Below are positions 1-8,829 of a stretch of DNA of 64,000 nucleotides, piece after piece; the stretch's first letter is position 1, and each line of letters starts with the position of its first letter. The stretch spans positions 4,328 through 68,327 of the IMG/VR virus record IMGVR_UViG_3300045482_000112. One strand, given 5' to 3'. This DNA is from a virus. The position numbers and the translations under genes were made by a program. The notes below the pieces were generated by a model. That model did not search any database. It worked only from the letters and a program-made list of their open reading frames with translations, and was not told the origin of the DNA.

Positions 1-1
1 C

Positions 2-79
2 GGCAAGTCCTCCGGCACCAGGCACATGATAGAAACCGCCAGAAACAAAGGACTCAAGGTCTACGTACACACCGTCTAA
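2..79 (+). CDS. C-terminal end of SLOG/YspA-like (DUF2493-like) protein, partial
   Basis: Frame 2 reads GKSSGTRHMIETARNKGLKVYVHTV*, resembling the 'S.GT..MI..A...G' C-terminus of SLOG proteins. Confidence 0.6.
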   Translation, partial: GKSSGTRHMIETARNKGLKVYVHTV

Positions 80-96
80 CTTACCCAGGGGAGTGC

Positions 97-327
97 ATGC
101 CCCCCATCACCTATGAACTGGTAGCCCCCATCCCCTGCCCGCAGTGTCAGCAGCCCCTCCTCGGGGCCACCCACAAGAACGGAGACCCTGCTGTGGTGTG
201 TCTGGACTGTAGTAAAGCCTGGACCATCGACTCCGACCCCATCCTGCAGCAGGTTGAAAAGGAGACCCATGCCAAAACCCCCCAACACCACCATCATCGG
301 CCTCGTCGGAAACCACGGAAGCGGTAA
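97..327 (+). CDS. small zinc-ribbon protein
   Basis: CPQC...CLDC; GGGGAG RBS. Confidence 0.6.
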   Translation: MPPITYELVAPIPCPQCQQPLLGATHKNGDPAVVCLDCSKAWTIDSDPILQQVEKETHAKTPQHHHHRPRRKPRKR

Positions 328-853
328 GAGTACCCTGACCAGCATCCTGCAGATGGACCTCAGCCTCACCCAGCCCGGCACCCAGGTCCTACACCTGAGC
401 TTCGCCGACCCCATCCGACAGCGCCTCAACAGCATCCTCCCGGTACCCCTGACCCGGACCAAACAACACCCCTACGAAAGAGAAGCCCTGGTATTCCTGG
501 GAGAGATGTGGCGAAGACAGGACCCGGACTTCTTCGTAACCGCCCTCCATAACAAGATAAAGACGGAGCAGCTCCCCTACACCAAAACCATTGTCCTGGT
601 GGATGACGTGTACCATTTCAATGAAAGGGATGCCTGCGACCTGGTTTTCTACTTCCAGAACACCCAGTACCAGGAGCCCTCCGGGTACCGCCCCCTCTCG
701 GTAGCCCAGACCCAGGAGATGCTGGCGGAGGCCGCCATAGTCACTCCCGACCGCTACTTCCCCCTGCAAGACCCTCGGGAACTGGACAACCTCTACCCCT
801 TCGTCTACTCCCAGGTAGCCCTCTTCCTCAAGGAACAAACCCATGCTGCGTGA
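269..853 (+). CDS. deoxynucleoside monophosphate kinase
   Basis: IIGLVGNHGSGKST P-loop, SFADPIR, VLVDDV; AAGGAG RBS before ATG 269. Confidence 0.8.
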   Translation: MPKPPNTTIIGLVGNHGSGKSTLTSILQMDLSLTQPGTQVLHLSFADPIRQRLNSILPVPLTRTKQHPYEREALVFLGEMWRRQDPDFFVTALHNKIKTEQLPYTKTIVLVDDVYHFNERDACDLVFYFQNTQYQEPSGYRPLSVAQTQEMLAEAAIVTPDRYFPLQDPRELDNLYPFVYSQVALFLKEQTHAA

Positions 854-3380
854 CTACATCTGGCAACGCCAGTACGCCCTCCGTCCCGATGAAACCTATG
901 AGCAGGGCCTGCAGAGGGTAGCCAACTTCATCGGTAGTATAGACACCCCCTCCACGGCCCCGCAGTTCCGGGCCCTGATGCAAGAAGGTAAGTTCATGCC
1001 AGGAGGCCGCATCCTGGCCGGAGTGGGAACTGCGCACGGGCAACTCCAGAATTGCTTCGTCCTGGACGGAAAACCCTACGCCGAAGGAACCACTTCCTGG
1101 GTGATGGCCCTGGCCCTGCGCCTGGCCAAAGTCACCAAAGTAGGAGGCGGGTGCGGTCTCAACCTAGACCCCCTCGCTCCCAAAGGTAGCCCCAGCCCCG
1201 AGGCCGGACAACTCCATTTGTACATCGACCCCCACCACCCCAATGCGGAGGACTTCTACAACGGGGCACTGACCGACCCCCAGACCGGGCGGAGGGTTCT
1301 GCGCGGGTACAAGGCAGCCCGCCCTACCCGCACCCTCCACCCCCAGGCCCACCCTGTAGACGACTCCATCCACGACATCTTCTCCTGGGCATTCGAGGCT
1401 GCCAGCCTCCTCTCCCAGGGGGAGGATGTCCACCTGAACCTGTCCAACCTGCGCCCGGAGAACTCCCCCATCTTAGGCAGCGGAGGTACCAGCAGCGGTC
1501 CAGCCTCCTTTGCCCTGGAGGTATTCGACAACATGGCCCACTGGGTCAACCTGGGGGGAGCCCTCTCCGCAGGCCCGGTAGCCGCCCTTCGCTACATCTT
1601 CGCCCCCACCCTGAGGGTTATCCGCCAGGGCGGTACCCGCCGAGGGGCCGGGATGGCCACCCTCTCCATCGACCATCCGGACTGGCAGGACTTCCTGACC
1701 TGCAAGGAACTATCCCGCGAACAGGAGGAAGGGGACATTTCTACCTACAACATCTCCTTCCTGGTACCCGCCTCCTTCATGCTGGAAGCAGCCCAGTCTG
1801 GTACTCCCCAGGAGCAAGTATTACGCCGCATTGCCCACCATGCCCACGCTACCGGAGAGCCCGGACTCCTCTTCCAGGACACCATCAATTTTCACAATGC
1901 CCTGGAAAAGCTGTACGGGCCTATCAAAGCGTCAAATCCATGCGGGGAGATACCCCTTTACCCGGATGAACCCTGCAACCTGGGCGCCCTCAACCTGGCT
2001 GCCTTTGCAGGGCAGGAAGACCATCTAGCCCCCAGCGCCAAACTGGCTACCCGCTTCCTGGACAACGTACTTTCCCTGACCCACGCCCCAATAACCTCCA
2101 TCCAGAAAGCCATTGAAAACCGACGACGCATCGGGCTGGGCATCATGGGCCTGGCCGACTACCTCATTCTCAAAGGGCTGCGCTACGACTCCTCCGAAGG
2201 TCGTCAGGTGGCCCGCAACCTGATGGGCGTCATGACCCTGGCTGCCCTGGAAGAGTCTGAAGCCCTGGGCAAGGAACAGGGCATTCCTAGCCATGTCCAG
2301 CAGGCGGGCCTCCAGCGGCGCAACATCGCCCTGATGACCGTGGCCCCCACCGGTACCACCTCGATGCTGCTGGGGGTCTCTTCAGGTATTGAACCAGTGT
2401 ATGCTGCCTCCTACCAGCGCCGTATAGGCACCGAGTACAAGGAGCTTCTACACCCCCTGCTGGAAACCCTGCTAAACGAGGAGAGAGCCCTTTCCTGGGC
2501 ACGTAACACCCGTACCCCCCTGTTTGATGGAGACTGGAAGCTACCCACCCTCCTCGAGGGTATTCGCCACGCCCACGGTTCCATCCAGCCCCTGGTCAAA
2601 CGAGGCTGGCTGCCCCCCTGGCTGGACGTATTCCTGACCGCCCACGACATCGCCCCCGAGGACCATGTGGCCATGCAGGCCGCCGTCCAGCAGGCCATGG
2701 ATGTTAACTACGCCGGTAACGCCATCTCCAAAACCATCAACCTGCCCTCCCACGCCACCGAAGAACAGGTGTTCAATGCCTACCTGCAAGCCTGGGAACT
2801 GGACTGCAAGGGCATCACTGTCTACCGGGACGGGTCGCGGGGCTTCCAGGTACTCTCTACCGGAGAAGGGGACTTCGACACCTGGGCCGCCCAGTTTGCC
2901 CCCCATCCCACCTCCGCCCTGAGAATAAGAGAACCCGTCATCAATGCCCAGGTACACAAATACGACATCGGCGGGCGGAAACTCTACATAACCATAGGTT
3001 GGAATCAGCAACAAGAGCCCGTAGAGGTCTGGGTCAACCTGGCCCGCCCCACCCCCAACGAGGCAGTCAGCACCGACATCATCGGCAGGCTGTGCAGCCT
3101 GAGTCTCAAGTACGGGGCCTCGGTGCAGGACTTGCAAAAGCACCTGCAGGGGCACTTTGACCAGTCCGGGGGCCTGGCTTCGGGCCTGGGCTTCGTCAAC
3201 TCCATCTGGGATGTAGTGGCTGCGGTACTCAGCGAGTACACGCCCCATTCCACCCCAGCCCCCGTGCTGGCCCTACCCTCCGCCCCCACCGACCACGCCT
3301 GCCCCCACTGCTCCTCCCCCATGGCACGGGAAGAAGGCTGCTGGAAGTGCTACTCCTGCGGTCATAGCAAGTGTGGCTAA
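843..3380 (+). CDS. nrdJ: class II (AdoCbl-dependent) ribonucleotide reductase with C-terminal TSCPD/Zn-ribbon
   Basis: FMPGGRIL, NCFV, NPCGE, PCNLG, TVAPTGT, ISKTINLP, KGITVYRDGSR, C-terminal CPHC..CYSC; no NrdB in window. Confidence 0.93.
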   Translation: MLRDYIWQRQYALRPDETYEQGLQRVANFIGSIDTPSTAPQFRALMQEGKFMPGGRILAGVGTAHGQLQNCFVLDGKPYAEGTTSWVMALALRLAKVTKVGGGCGLNLDPLAPKGSPSPEAGQLHLYIDPHHPNAEDFYNGALTDPQTGRRVLRGYKAARPTRTLHPQAHPVDDSIHDIFSWAFEAASLLSQGEDVHLNLSNLRPENSPILGSGGTSSGPASFALEVFDNMAHWVNLGGALSAGPVAALRYIFAPTLRVIRQGGTRRGAGMATLSIDHPDWQDFLTCKELSREQEEGDISTYNISFLVPASFMLEAAQSGTPQEQVLRRIAHHAHATGEPGLLFQDTINFHNALEKLYGPIKASNPCGEIPLYPDEPCNLGALNLAAFAGQEDHLAPSAKLATRFLDNVLSLTHAPITSIQKAIENRRRIGLGIMGLADYLILKGLRYDSSEGRQVARNLMGVMTLAALEESEALGKEQGIPSHVQQAGLQRRNIALMTVAPTGTTSMLLGVSSGIEPVYAASYQRRIGTEYKELLHPLLETLLNEERALSWARNTRTPLFDGDWKLPTLLEGIRHAHGSIQPLVKRGWLPPWLDVFLTAHDIAPEDHVAMQAAVQQAMDVNYAGNAISKTINLPSHATEEQVFNAYLQAWELDCKGITVYRDGSRGFQVLSTGEGDFDTWAAQFAPHPTSALRIREPVINAQVHKYDIGGRKLYITIGWNQQQEPVEVWVNLARPTPNEAVSTDIIGRLCSLSLKYGASVQDLQKHLQGHFDQSGGLASGLGFVNSIWDVVAAVLSEYTPHSTPAPVLALPSAPTDHACPHCSSPMAREEGCWKCYSCGHSKCG

Positions 3381-3387
3381 CCCCTAT

Positions 3388-3411
3388 CCCCCTCCCGAAG
3401 GAGGGGGTTTT
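3388..3411 (+). terminator. intrinsic terminator
   Basis: CCCCCTCC-CGAA-GGAGGGGG-TTTT right after nrdJ. Confidence 0.75.
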
Positions 3412-3423
3412 CCCTGGAGTCTT

Positions 3424-3702
3424 ATGAAACAAGACAAAGCAACCCTGGAAGTATCCAACATCAAGAAGGGCTTCATCTACAAGGCCGACCTGACCCTCAC
3501 TGAGTCTGCCGAAGGCTGGGGCGTGTACCGCCACCAGCGCCGACTGAGCCTGGCTCCCCAGCGCACCGAAGCCCTCATCCTGGCTGCCGAGAAGGTCCTC
3601 GAAGGCTTCAAGGAGCCCAGCCTCTACACTGCCTTTGTAGACGGAGTTCCTTATGTCCAGCGCGAAGTACTCAAAACCAAAGAAGCGGTGACCTCGAGGT
3701 AG
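3424..3702 (+). CDS. hypothetical protein
   Basis: GGAG RBS, ATG 3424, fits operon. Confidence 0.7.
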   Translation: MKQDKATLEVSNIKKGFIYKADLTLTESAEGWGVYRHQRRLSLAPQRTEALILAAEKVLEGFKEPSLYTAFVDGVPYVQREVLKTKEAVTSR

Positions 3703-3705
3703 TCC

Positions 3706-4392
3706 ATGAGCAAACTACGTCTCTTACAGGCCGGACTGGTGGTCTACATCACTATCCTCATCACCTCCTTCCTGCATGTACTTCACGCTTTCCTGGCCTA
3801 CTCTGACAAGACCATTCAGCTCGGCAGTCTATCCATTCCAGGATGGTGGAGCGGACTGGGAGTGGCTATAGGTCTGGACCTGGCCATCATCTACTTCTCC
3901 TTCGTCTCGGTATTCCTGCAGACCAATGAAAAGGATGCCCAGGGCAAAACCATTCAGTCCCCCGGAGCCCTGGCGGCCCGCTACGGGGCTACCTGGGCCA
4001 TGCTGCTGGTCTGGTTTGCCGTGGTCTACTCCATGGTCTGGCAGCACCTGCAGGCCGGGGAGTGGGTGCCCGCCTTCATTGGGTTCATCCTCTCCCTGTT
4101 TGTCCCCCTGACCTCCCTGCGGGTAGGCCAGGTGCTGGGGGAAATTGCCAAGCTACCCGAGACCGAGACCCGGCCCCAGGAGTACCTGCCCCTGACCTCC
4201 CTGGCCCGAATTATCGACCGGGATGTCAAAGAAGTACTGGCCGCCATCCGCAACTACGAACAGGGTGAGGTGCGCCTGCTACGTCGGGGCAAAGACTGGC
4301 TGGTGCATAGCCAGGATGTGGAGGTGGTGCGTGCGGCAGTATTCGGTTATAACGAACGAAGCAGAACTGCGCAACTTACGCCTGCAACTTGA
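3706..4392 (+). CDS. multi-pass membrane protein (DUF2637-like) with possible C-terminal HTH
   Basis: About four hydrophobic helices, then LPLTSLARIIDRDVKEV HTH-like segment. Confidence 0.6.
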   Translation: MSKLRLLQAGLVVYITILITSFLHVLHAFLAYSDKTIQLGSLSIPGWWSGLGVAIGLDLAIIYFSFVSVFLQTNEKDAQGKTIQSPGALAARYGATWAMLLVWFAVVYSMVWQHLQAGEWVPAFIGFILSLFVPLTSLRVGQVLGEIAKLPETETRPQEYLPLTSLARIIDRDVKEVLAAIRNYEQGEVRLLRRGKDWLVHSQDVEVVRAAVFGYNERSRTAQLTPAT

Positions 4393-6583
4393 AGAAGCTC
4401 CCCTGATAGCCATCGACACCGAAACCACCGGACTGGACATCTACCAGCCCCACTTCCGGCTGGTAGGGGTCAGCCTGGCCCCCAGTGCCTACCAGGGCTA
4501 CTACCTGCCCTTAGACCACCTCAACTTCGCCGGACTCTCCTACCAGCCCCCTATGCTGTCCCAGGAGGCCGTAACCGAGTTGATGAGCTGGGTCTTTGCC
4601 CACAAGCCCACCGTCATGCACAACCGCTCCTACGACCGCAACGTACTGGCCGTGACCCTGGGCCTCGACCACTCCCTGACCCAGACCTCCCAGGACACCA
4701 AGCTGGCCGCCCACCTGCAGGACGAGAACGCTCCCAAGTCCCTGAAGGAACTGGCCAAGCGATGGCTGGGGGTCAGGGATGGAGGGGGAAGGTTCGCCGA
4801 CATAGCCAACACCGCCACCCAGTCCTGGGAAACCCTCTGGACCAGCGAAAAGGTGGGGGCCCTGAACAAGCATGGTCGTACCTACAAGAAGAACCGCTTT
4901 GTCCTGCAGCCGGACTGGCTCACCAAAGCGGAAGCCTTGTACCGCCAGACAGCCGGGGAAGCCTCCAGCCTGGCTTTCCTGTTTGACTACGTGTCCCACC
5001 TGTTCGCCCGCATGAAGTCCCGCACCCTGGTCGAATACTCCGGAGGTATGCCCCAGGACTTCCGGTACCTGCCAGTGAACCTGGCTGCCCATTACGCTGC
5101 CGATGACGCCATGAACACCTACGCCCTCTGGGTCACCCTGTACAACGGGCTTTCCCTGGAAGGACTAACCCCCCTGTACCAGAACCTGGAACTCCAGGTG
5201 GATGACATCATGACCCGCGCGGAACACCGGGGCATCCTGCTACATCCTGAAACCCTCCTCGAGGCCAAGGCCCTGCTGGAGGAACGCAGCATACAAGCTC
5301 GAGAAGAAGCCATGACCGCTCTCTCTCAGGCCCTGGACCCCCGCGACTTCATGGAGGGCAAACTCAACCCCCACACCCTGCTAAACTCCCCCAAACAACT
5401 GGCCTACCTGCTGTATGAGGTCCTGGGATACCCCATCCTGGAGAGAACCGAAACCCACCAGCCCTCCACCAGCCGGAGTGCCTTACAGGGGCTGCTCTCC
5501 CGCCGCAGCAAACCCCGCCTGCGCCCCGACCTCGAGGAACAAGGAGCCCAGTTCCTACAAACCAAACACAAACTGGATGCCATGAAGAAACTGGCCTCCA
5601 CCTATACTGACTCCCTCATCGAAAAAGCCGACCCCCAGTGCCGGGTACACCCCTCCTTCAACATCACCGGCACCGTCTCGGGGAGGATGTCCTCTAACAA
5701 CCCCAATTTTCAGAACATCCCCCGACTCTCCTCTGAAGAGACAGCCAACTCCCCCTGGCTGCACGACATCGACATTCGTAAAGCCTTCGTAGCCGACCCA
5801 GGCTATGTCTTAGTGGACGCCGACTTTGTTTCCATGGAGATGGTGGTCTGCGCCGCCCTCTCCCGAGACGACAACATGACCCGTCTACTCAACGAGGGGA
5901 GGGACCTGCACTGCCACACCGCCCGGTACGCCTTCAAAGTGGGGTTTGACCTGGATGACGCCACCTTCAAGAAGAAGTACAAGGACTACCGGCAAAAGGC
6001 CAAGGTGGTTAATTTCGCTATGATATACGGCGGTACGAGCTGGACCCTCCAAAAGAACTTTGGCTTCACCGAAGAGGAGGCCGAGGCCGCCGTCCAAGGC
6101 TACTTCGAGGGCTTTCCCGGGGTCAAGGTCTGGATGGACCAGGTGTACCAGGAACTCTCCCAGAAGGGCTACGTGGTCTACCCCGAGTACGGATACATCA
6201 AACGCATGGATACCCAGCCTCCCACCAACAAGTGGGATAAGGACGCCGCCAGGCAGTACCGGGCTGCTCTGCGTAGCTGTCAGAATGCCCTCATCCAGGG
6301 CTACAGCGCCTTCATCGTCAAAGATGCCATCGTCCAGCTTAACAAAGCCTTCCTGGAACAGACCCTGGAGTCCCGAGTGGCCTTCCAGGTCCACGATGAA
6401 ATAGGCGTACTGGCCCCCTACCGCGAAGCCGAACAGGTGGGAACCTTGATGTCCAGTATAATGACCAAATGGCTGGGGAAAGTCCTGTTGACCAGTGAGG
6501 TCGAATACAAACGTACCATGTCCAAAAACGAGCCCTCGCTGACCCTGGAGGAACTTCGCGCCCTGGCCCGGTCCTATGAATGA
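4331..6583 (+). CDS. polA: DNA polymerase family A with 3'-5' exonuclease
   Basis: ExoI DTETTG, ExoIII YAADD, TVSGRMSSNNPNFQNIP, motif A DADFVSME, motif B RQKAKVVNFAMIYG, motif C QVHDE; GGAGGT RBS before GTG 4331. Confidence 0.95.
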   Translation: MRQYSVITNEAELRNLRLQLEEAPLIAIDTETTGLDIYQPHFRLVGVSLAPSAYQGYYLPLDHLNFAGLSYQPPMLSQEAVTELMSWVFAHKPTVMHNRSYDRNVLAVTLGLDHSLTQTSQDTKLAAHLQDENAPKSLKELAKRWLGVRDGGGRFADIANTATQSWETLWTSEKVGALNKHGRTYKKNRFVLQPDWLTKAEALYRQTAGEASSLAFLFDYVSHLFARMKSRTLVEYSGGMPQDFRYLPVNLAAHYAADDAMNTYALWVTLYNGLSLEGLTPLYQNLELQVDDIMTRAEHRGILLHPETLLEAKALLEERSIQAREEAMTALSQALDPRDFMEGKLNPHTLLNSPKQLAYLLYEVLGYPILERTETHQPSTSRSALQGLLSRRSKPRLRPDLEEQGAQFLQTKHKLDAMKKLASTYTDSLIEKADPQCRVHPSFNITGTVSGRMSSNNPNFQNIPRLSSEETANSPWLHDIDIRKAFVADPGYVLVDADFVSMEMVVCAALSRDDNMTRLLNEGRDLHCHTARYAFKVGFDLDDATFKKKYKDYRQKAKVVNFAMIYGGTSWTLQKNFGFTEEEAEAAVQGYFEGFPGVKVWMDQVYQELSQKGYVVYPEYGYIKRMDTQPPTNKWDKDAARQYRAALRSCQNALIQGYSAFIVKDAIVQLNKAFLEQTLESRVAFQVHDEIGVLAPYREAEQVGTLMSSIMTKWLGKVLLTSEVEYKRTMSKNEPSLTLEELRALARSYE

Positions 6584-7067
6584 ACTCGTCCAGCCCGTCC
6601 ACACCCTCTTCACCGAACGCACCTTGCGCACCCGACCCTCCCACAAGCACCCCGACCGCCCCAAAGAGGTGGTGGTCTGGTACAACACCGGGTACTGGGA
6701 CATCCCCACCAAAGACCCCGAGAAGGAGGTAAATATGGTCTCCGGGCTAAGGGTCTTCCACTCCGCCCCCAGCCAGGAGTTCCACCAGATTCAGTTCAAC
6801 TGGACTCCCTACCAGCCCAAGGCCCCTGGTCAGTCCGACCCCCTCAAACCGGCCTACTTCCAGTGGGCCGAACAGGGTAAACACCCCCGGCAGGTGGTCC
6901 TTTTTTACCGGGTCTGCGGTCCCCACAACTACACCTCCCACCGGCTGGTGGCCGTAGCTGCCAGCACTCCAGAAACCTACAACCTGCTGAAGAACCGGCT
7001 GGTGGAAGCCTACCTGGACTGGACCCTGACCGGCTACCTACCGGTCATCGGTGGTTCGCGCTCCTAA
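6576..7067 (+). CDS. hypothetical protein
   Basis: Start overlaps polA stop; last gene of + operon. Confidence 0.7.
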   Translation: MNELVQPVHTLFTERTLRTRPSHKHPDRPKEVVVWYNTGYWDIPTKDPEKEVNMVSGLRVFHSAPSQEFHQIQFNWTPYQPKAPGQSDPLKPAYFQWAEQGKHPRQVVLFYRVCGPHNYTSHRLVAVAASTPETYNLLKNRLVEAYLDWTLTGYLPVIGGSRS

Positions 7068-7105
7068 CAACAAAAGCAGGGGGAGGAAACACCCTCCCCA
7101 TGCAC

Positions 7106-7417
7106 CTAAAACTCAGTCCGCACAAAAATACGGAAGATACTCTCCTGGGCCAGCCGGAAGTCGGCTCCCAGGGTCAGACTGGGATTCTCCAGCAGCACCT
7201 GCAACCGGCCATAAAACCGGTCCGGCAGTACTCCCAACTCCGGCAACAGCCACACGTACATCCCCGAGCCCAGGTTTACCTGAGCCAGGGGGTAGTTATA
7301 GCGCAGTAACAGGTAAGGACCTGCTACCGGACGCACCTGATAGCCCGTCTCCAGGCTAAACCGCTGAGCCTGTACCGGCCCCAGCCCCAGTACCAACAAC
7401 ACCAGTAGTAGTTTCAT
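7106..7417 (-). CDS. small secreted/outer-membrane beta-strand protein
   Basis: Signal peptide ending VQA, amphipathic beta strands, terminal Phe. Confidence 0.65.
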   Translation of the reverse strand: MKLLLVLLVLGLGPVQAQRFSLETGYQVRPVAGPYLLLRYNYPLAQVNLGSGMYVWLLPELGVLPDRFYGRLQVLLENPSLTLGADFRLAQESIFRIFVRTEF

Positions 7418-7624
7418 CTAGAACCCCGGTCGCAAAGGGCGAGACGGCCACGGCCCCGTCTCGCCATCTCGCTGAAGAGTCTCACCAGGCGCAGGGCACC
7501 CCATGCTAAACAAAGGCCGACCAGCCAGGCACTGCAGGGACGCCGTAGTAACCCCTGCGCCATACGCCAGCAGCGCTACCAACCCTGCCTGAACCCATCT
7601 ATTCCCCAACAGTTGCTTCACCAT
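7418..7624 (-). CDS. small membrane protein (lysis accessory?)
   Basis: One TM segment, two Cys; GGAGG RBS. Confidence 0.55.
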   Translation of the reverse strand: MVKQLLGNRWVQAGLVALLAYGAGVTTASLQCLAGRPLFSMGCPAPGETLQRDGETGPWPSRPLRPGF

Positions 7625-7931
7625 CAGCTACCTCCAACCCGGAGAGGGTCAGAACCAACTCCGGGTTATCCCGTAAGAGGGCCATCAAGCCCCCGGTAAG
7701 GGCGTGTACCTGGCCCTCCGTAAGCTGAATAAGCAGGGTGTGGTCTAAAGCGTGAATGCACTCGTGTAGCAGGGTATCCTGTACCTGCTCGGGGTGCTGC
7801 TCCAGCAGGGTGATGCGCTGCTCCAGATAGTCCACCTGCCCGGTGACCGACATGCTCAACCCCTCCGAGGACTGTACCCGCACCGTCCAGGTCTTGCCCA
7901 GAATGCGCACCGTCTCGGGCAGGCTACTCAT
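7599..7931 (-). CDS. HEXXH zincin-like small protein
   Basis: TLLHECIHA motif; start ATG 7931. Confidence 0.7.
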   Translation of the reverse strand: MSSLPETVRILGKTWTVRVQSSEGLSMSVTGQVDYLEQRITLLEQHPEQVQDTLLHECIHALDHTLLIQLTEGQVHALTGGLMALLRDNPELVLTLSGLEVADGEATVGE

Positions 7932-8094
7932 CCTCTTCCACCTCGCGGAATGCCTCGTGGGCCTCAAACAGGTTACACATGTCGATAGCCACTTCCACTC
8001 CCAGGCTGGCACACTGTACCTGCACCAGCACTCGAGTCTCGCACTCAATGCCGTAAGGGTCCTTCTCATGCTTGCACAGCTTGCACAGGTCCAT
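7924..8094 (-). CDS. small Cys-rich protein (56 aa)
   Basis: MDLCKLCKHEKDPYGIEC...MCNLFEA; fills operon gap; GGAG RBS. Confidence 0.6.
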   Translation of the reverse strand: MDLCKLCKHEKDPYGIECETRVLVQVQCASLGVEVAIDMCNLFEAHEAFREVEEDE

Positions 8095-8096
8095 GC

Positions 8097-8606
8097 CTAC
8101 TCCACCAGGACCCCCTTGCGGGGCCTGAGACTAAGAAGCTGCGGATGCAGCACTGCCGGGTCCACAAATACCCGGCGAAACTCCTCTAAAGACATCCCCG
8201 CTTCCGGCCAGACCAGAAGACTGCCCCGGCCCATCCGCAGGATGTCGTAGTGCAGGTGGGCCGTCATCCCCGGCCACCCGCCAAAATGACTATTACCGCA
8301 GGTACCTACCGGCTTACCTGCTACCAGCCGGGCCCCCTGGGCACAGTCCACCCGGTCCAGATGAAAGAACCGGAAGACGTAGCCCAGGGCCTCGCTGGTG
8401 GCTACGACATAGTTCCCGTAGCGCCTACGGGCGCCGGTGTCCACCACCCGCAGGGCTACCGGGGCCACCACCGGACGGCCCAGGTCAGCATTGGGGGTAG
8501 CCCCAAAGTTAAGGTCGTATCCAGGATGCAACACCCCCCTGGCGTTGACCTCCCCGTGTCGGTGTCCGATATGGGTAGCTGACATGGGCAGTTGTATTGC
8601 ATCCAT
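8097..8606 (-). CDS. M23 endopeptidase (endolysin)
   Basis: HPGYD (HxxxD), YGNYV, FFHL, AHLHY. Confidence 0.85.
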   Translation of the reverse strand: MDAIQLPMSATHIGHRHGEVNARGVLHPGYDLNFGATPNADLGRPVVAPVALRVVDTGARRRYGNYVVATSEALGYVFRFFHLDRVDCAQGARLVAGKPVGTCGNSHFGGWPGMTAHLHYDILRMGRGSLLVWPEAGMSLEEFRRVFVDPAVLHPQLLSLRPRKGVLVE

Positions 8607-8619
8607 TCCCACCCCAAAC

Positions 8620-8829
8620 CTAAGCCTCCACCCGCCAGTAGCCCGCGTCGTACCGAACCAGCACCCTGGCTCCAGCCAGCAAGGTACCCGCATACCGTAC
8701 CGAGGACAGCACCCGTCCATCCGATAGCCGGATGCGGGCATAAGGCACCCCACTCCACATCCGGGTACCCAGCACCACCCCCCGCAACAGGTCTTTGCGG
8801 GTCTGAATACGATAGTCCGTAGCATTCAA
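8620..8829 (-). CDS. small beta/OB-like tail-tip protein
   Basis: TTG start overlapping the upstream stop; beta-rich ~69 aa. Confidence 0.5.
   Translation of the reverse strand: MNATDYRIQTRKDLLRGVVLGTRMWSGVPYARIRLSDGRVLSSVRYAGTLLAGARVLVRYDAGYWRVEA

Noticed and set aside
843-6583. Intein or intron in nrdJ or polA
   Set aside because: No C...HN intein ends or LAGLIDADG motifs seen; frames are continuous
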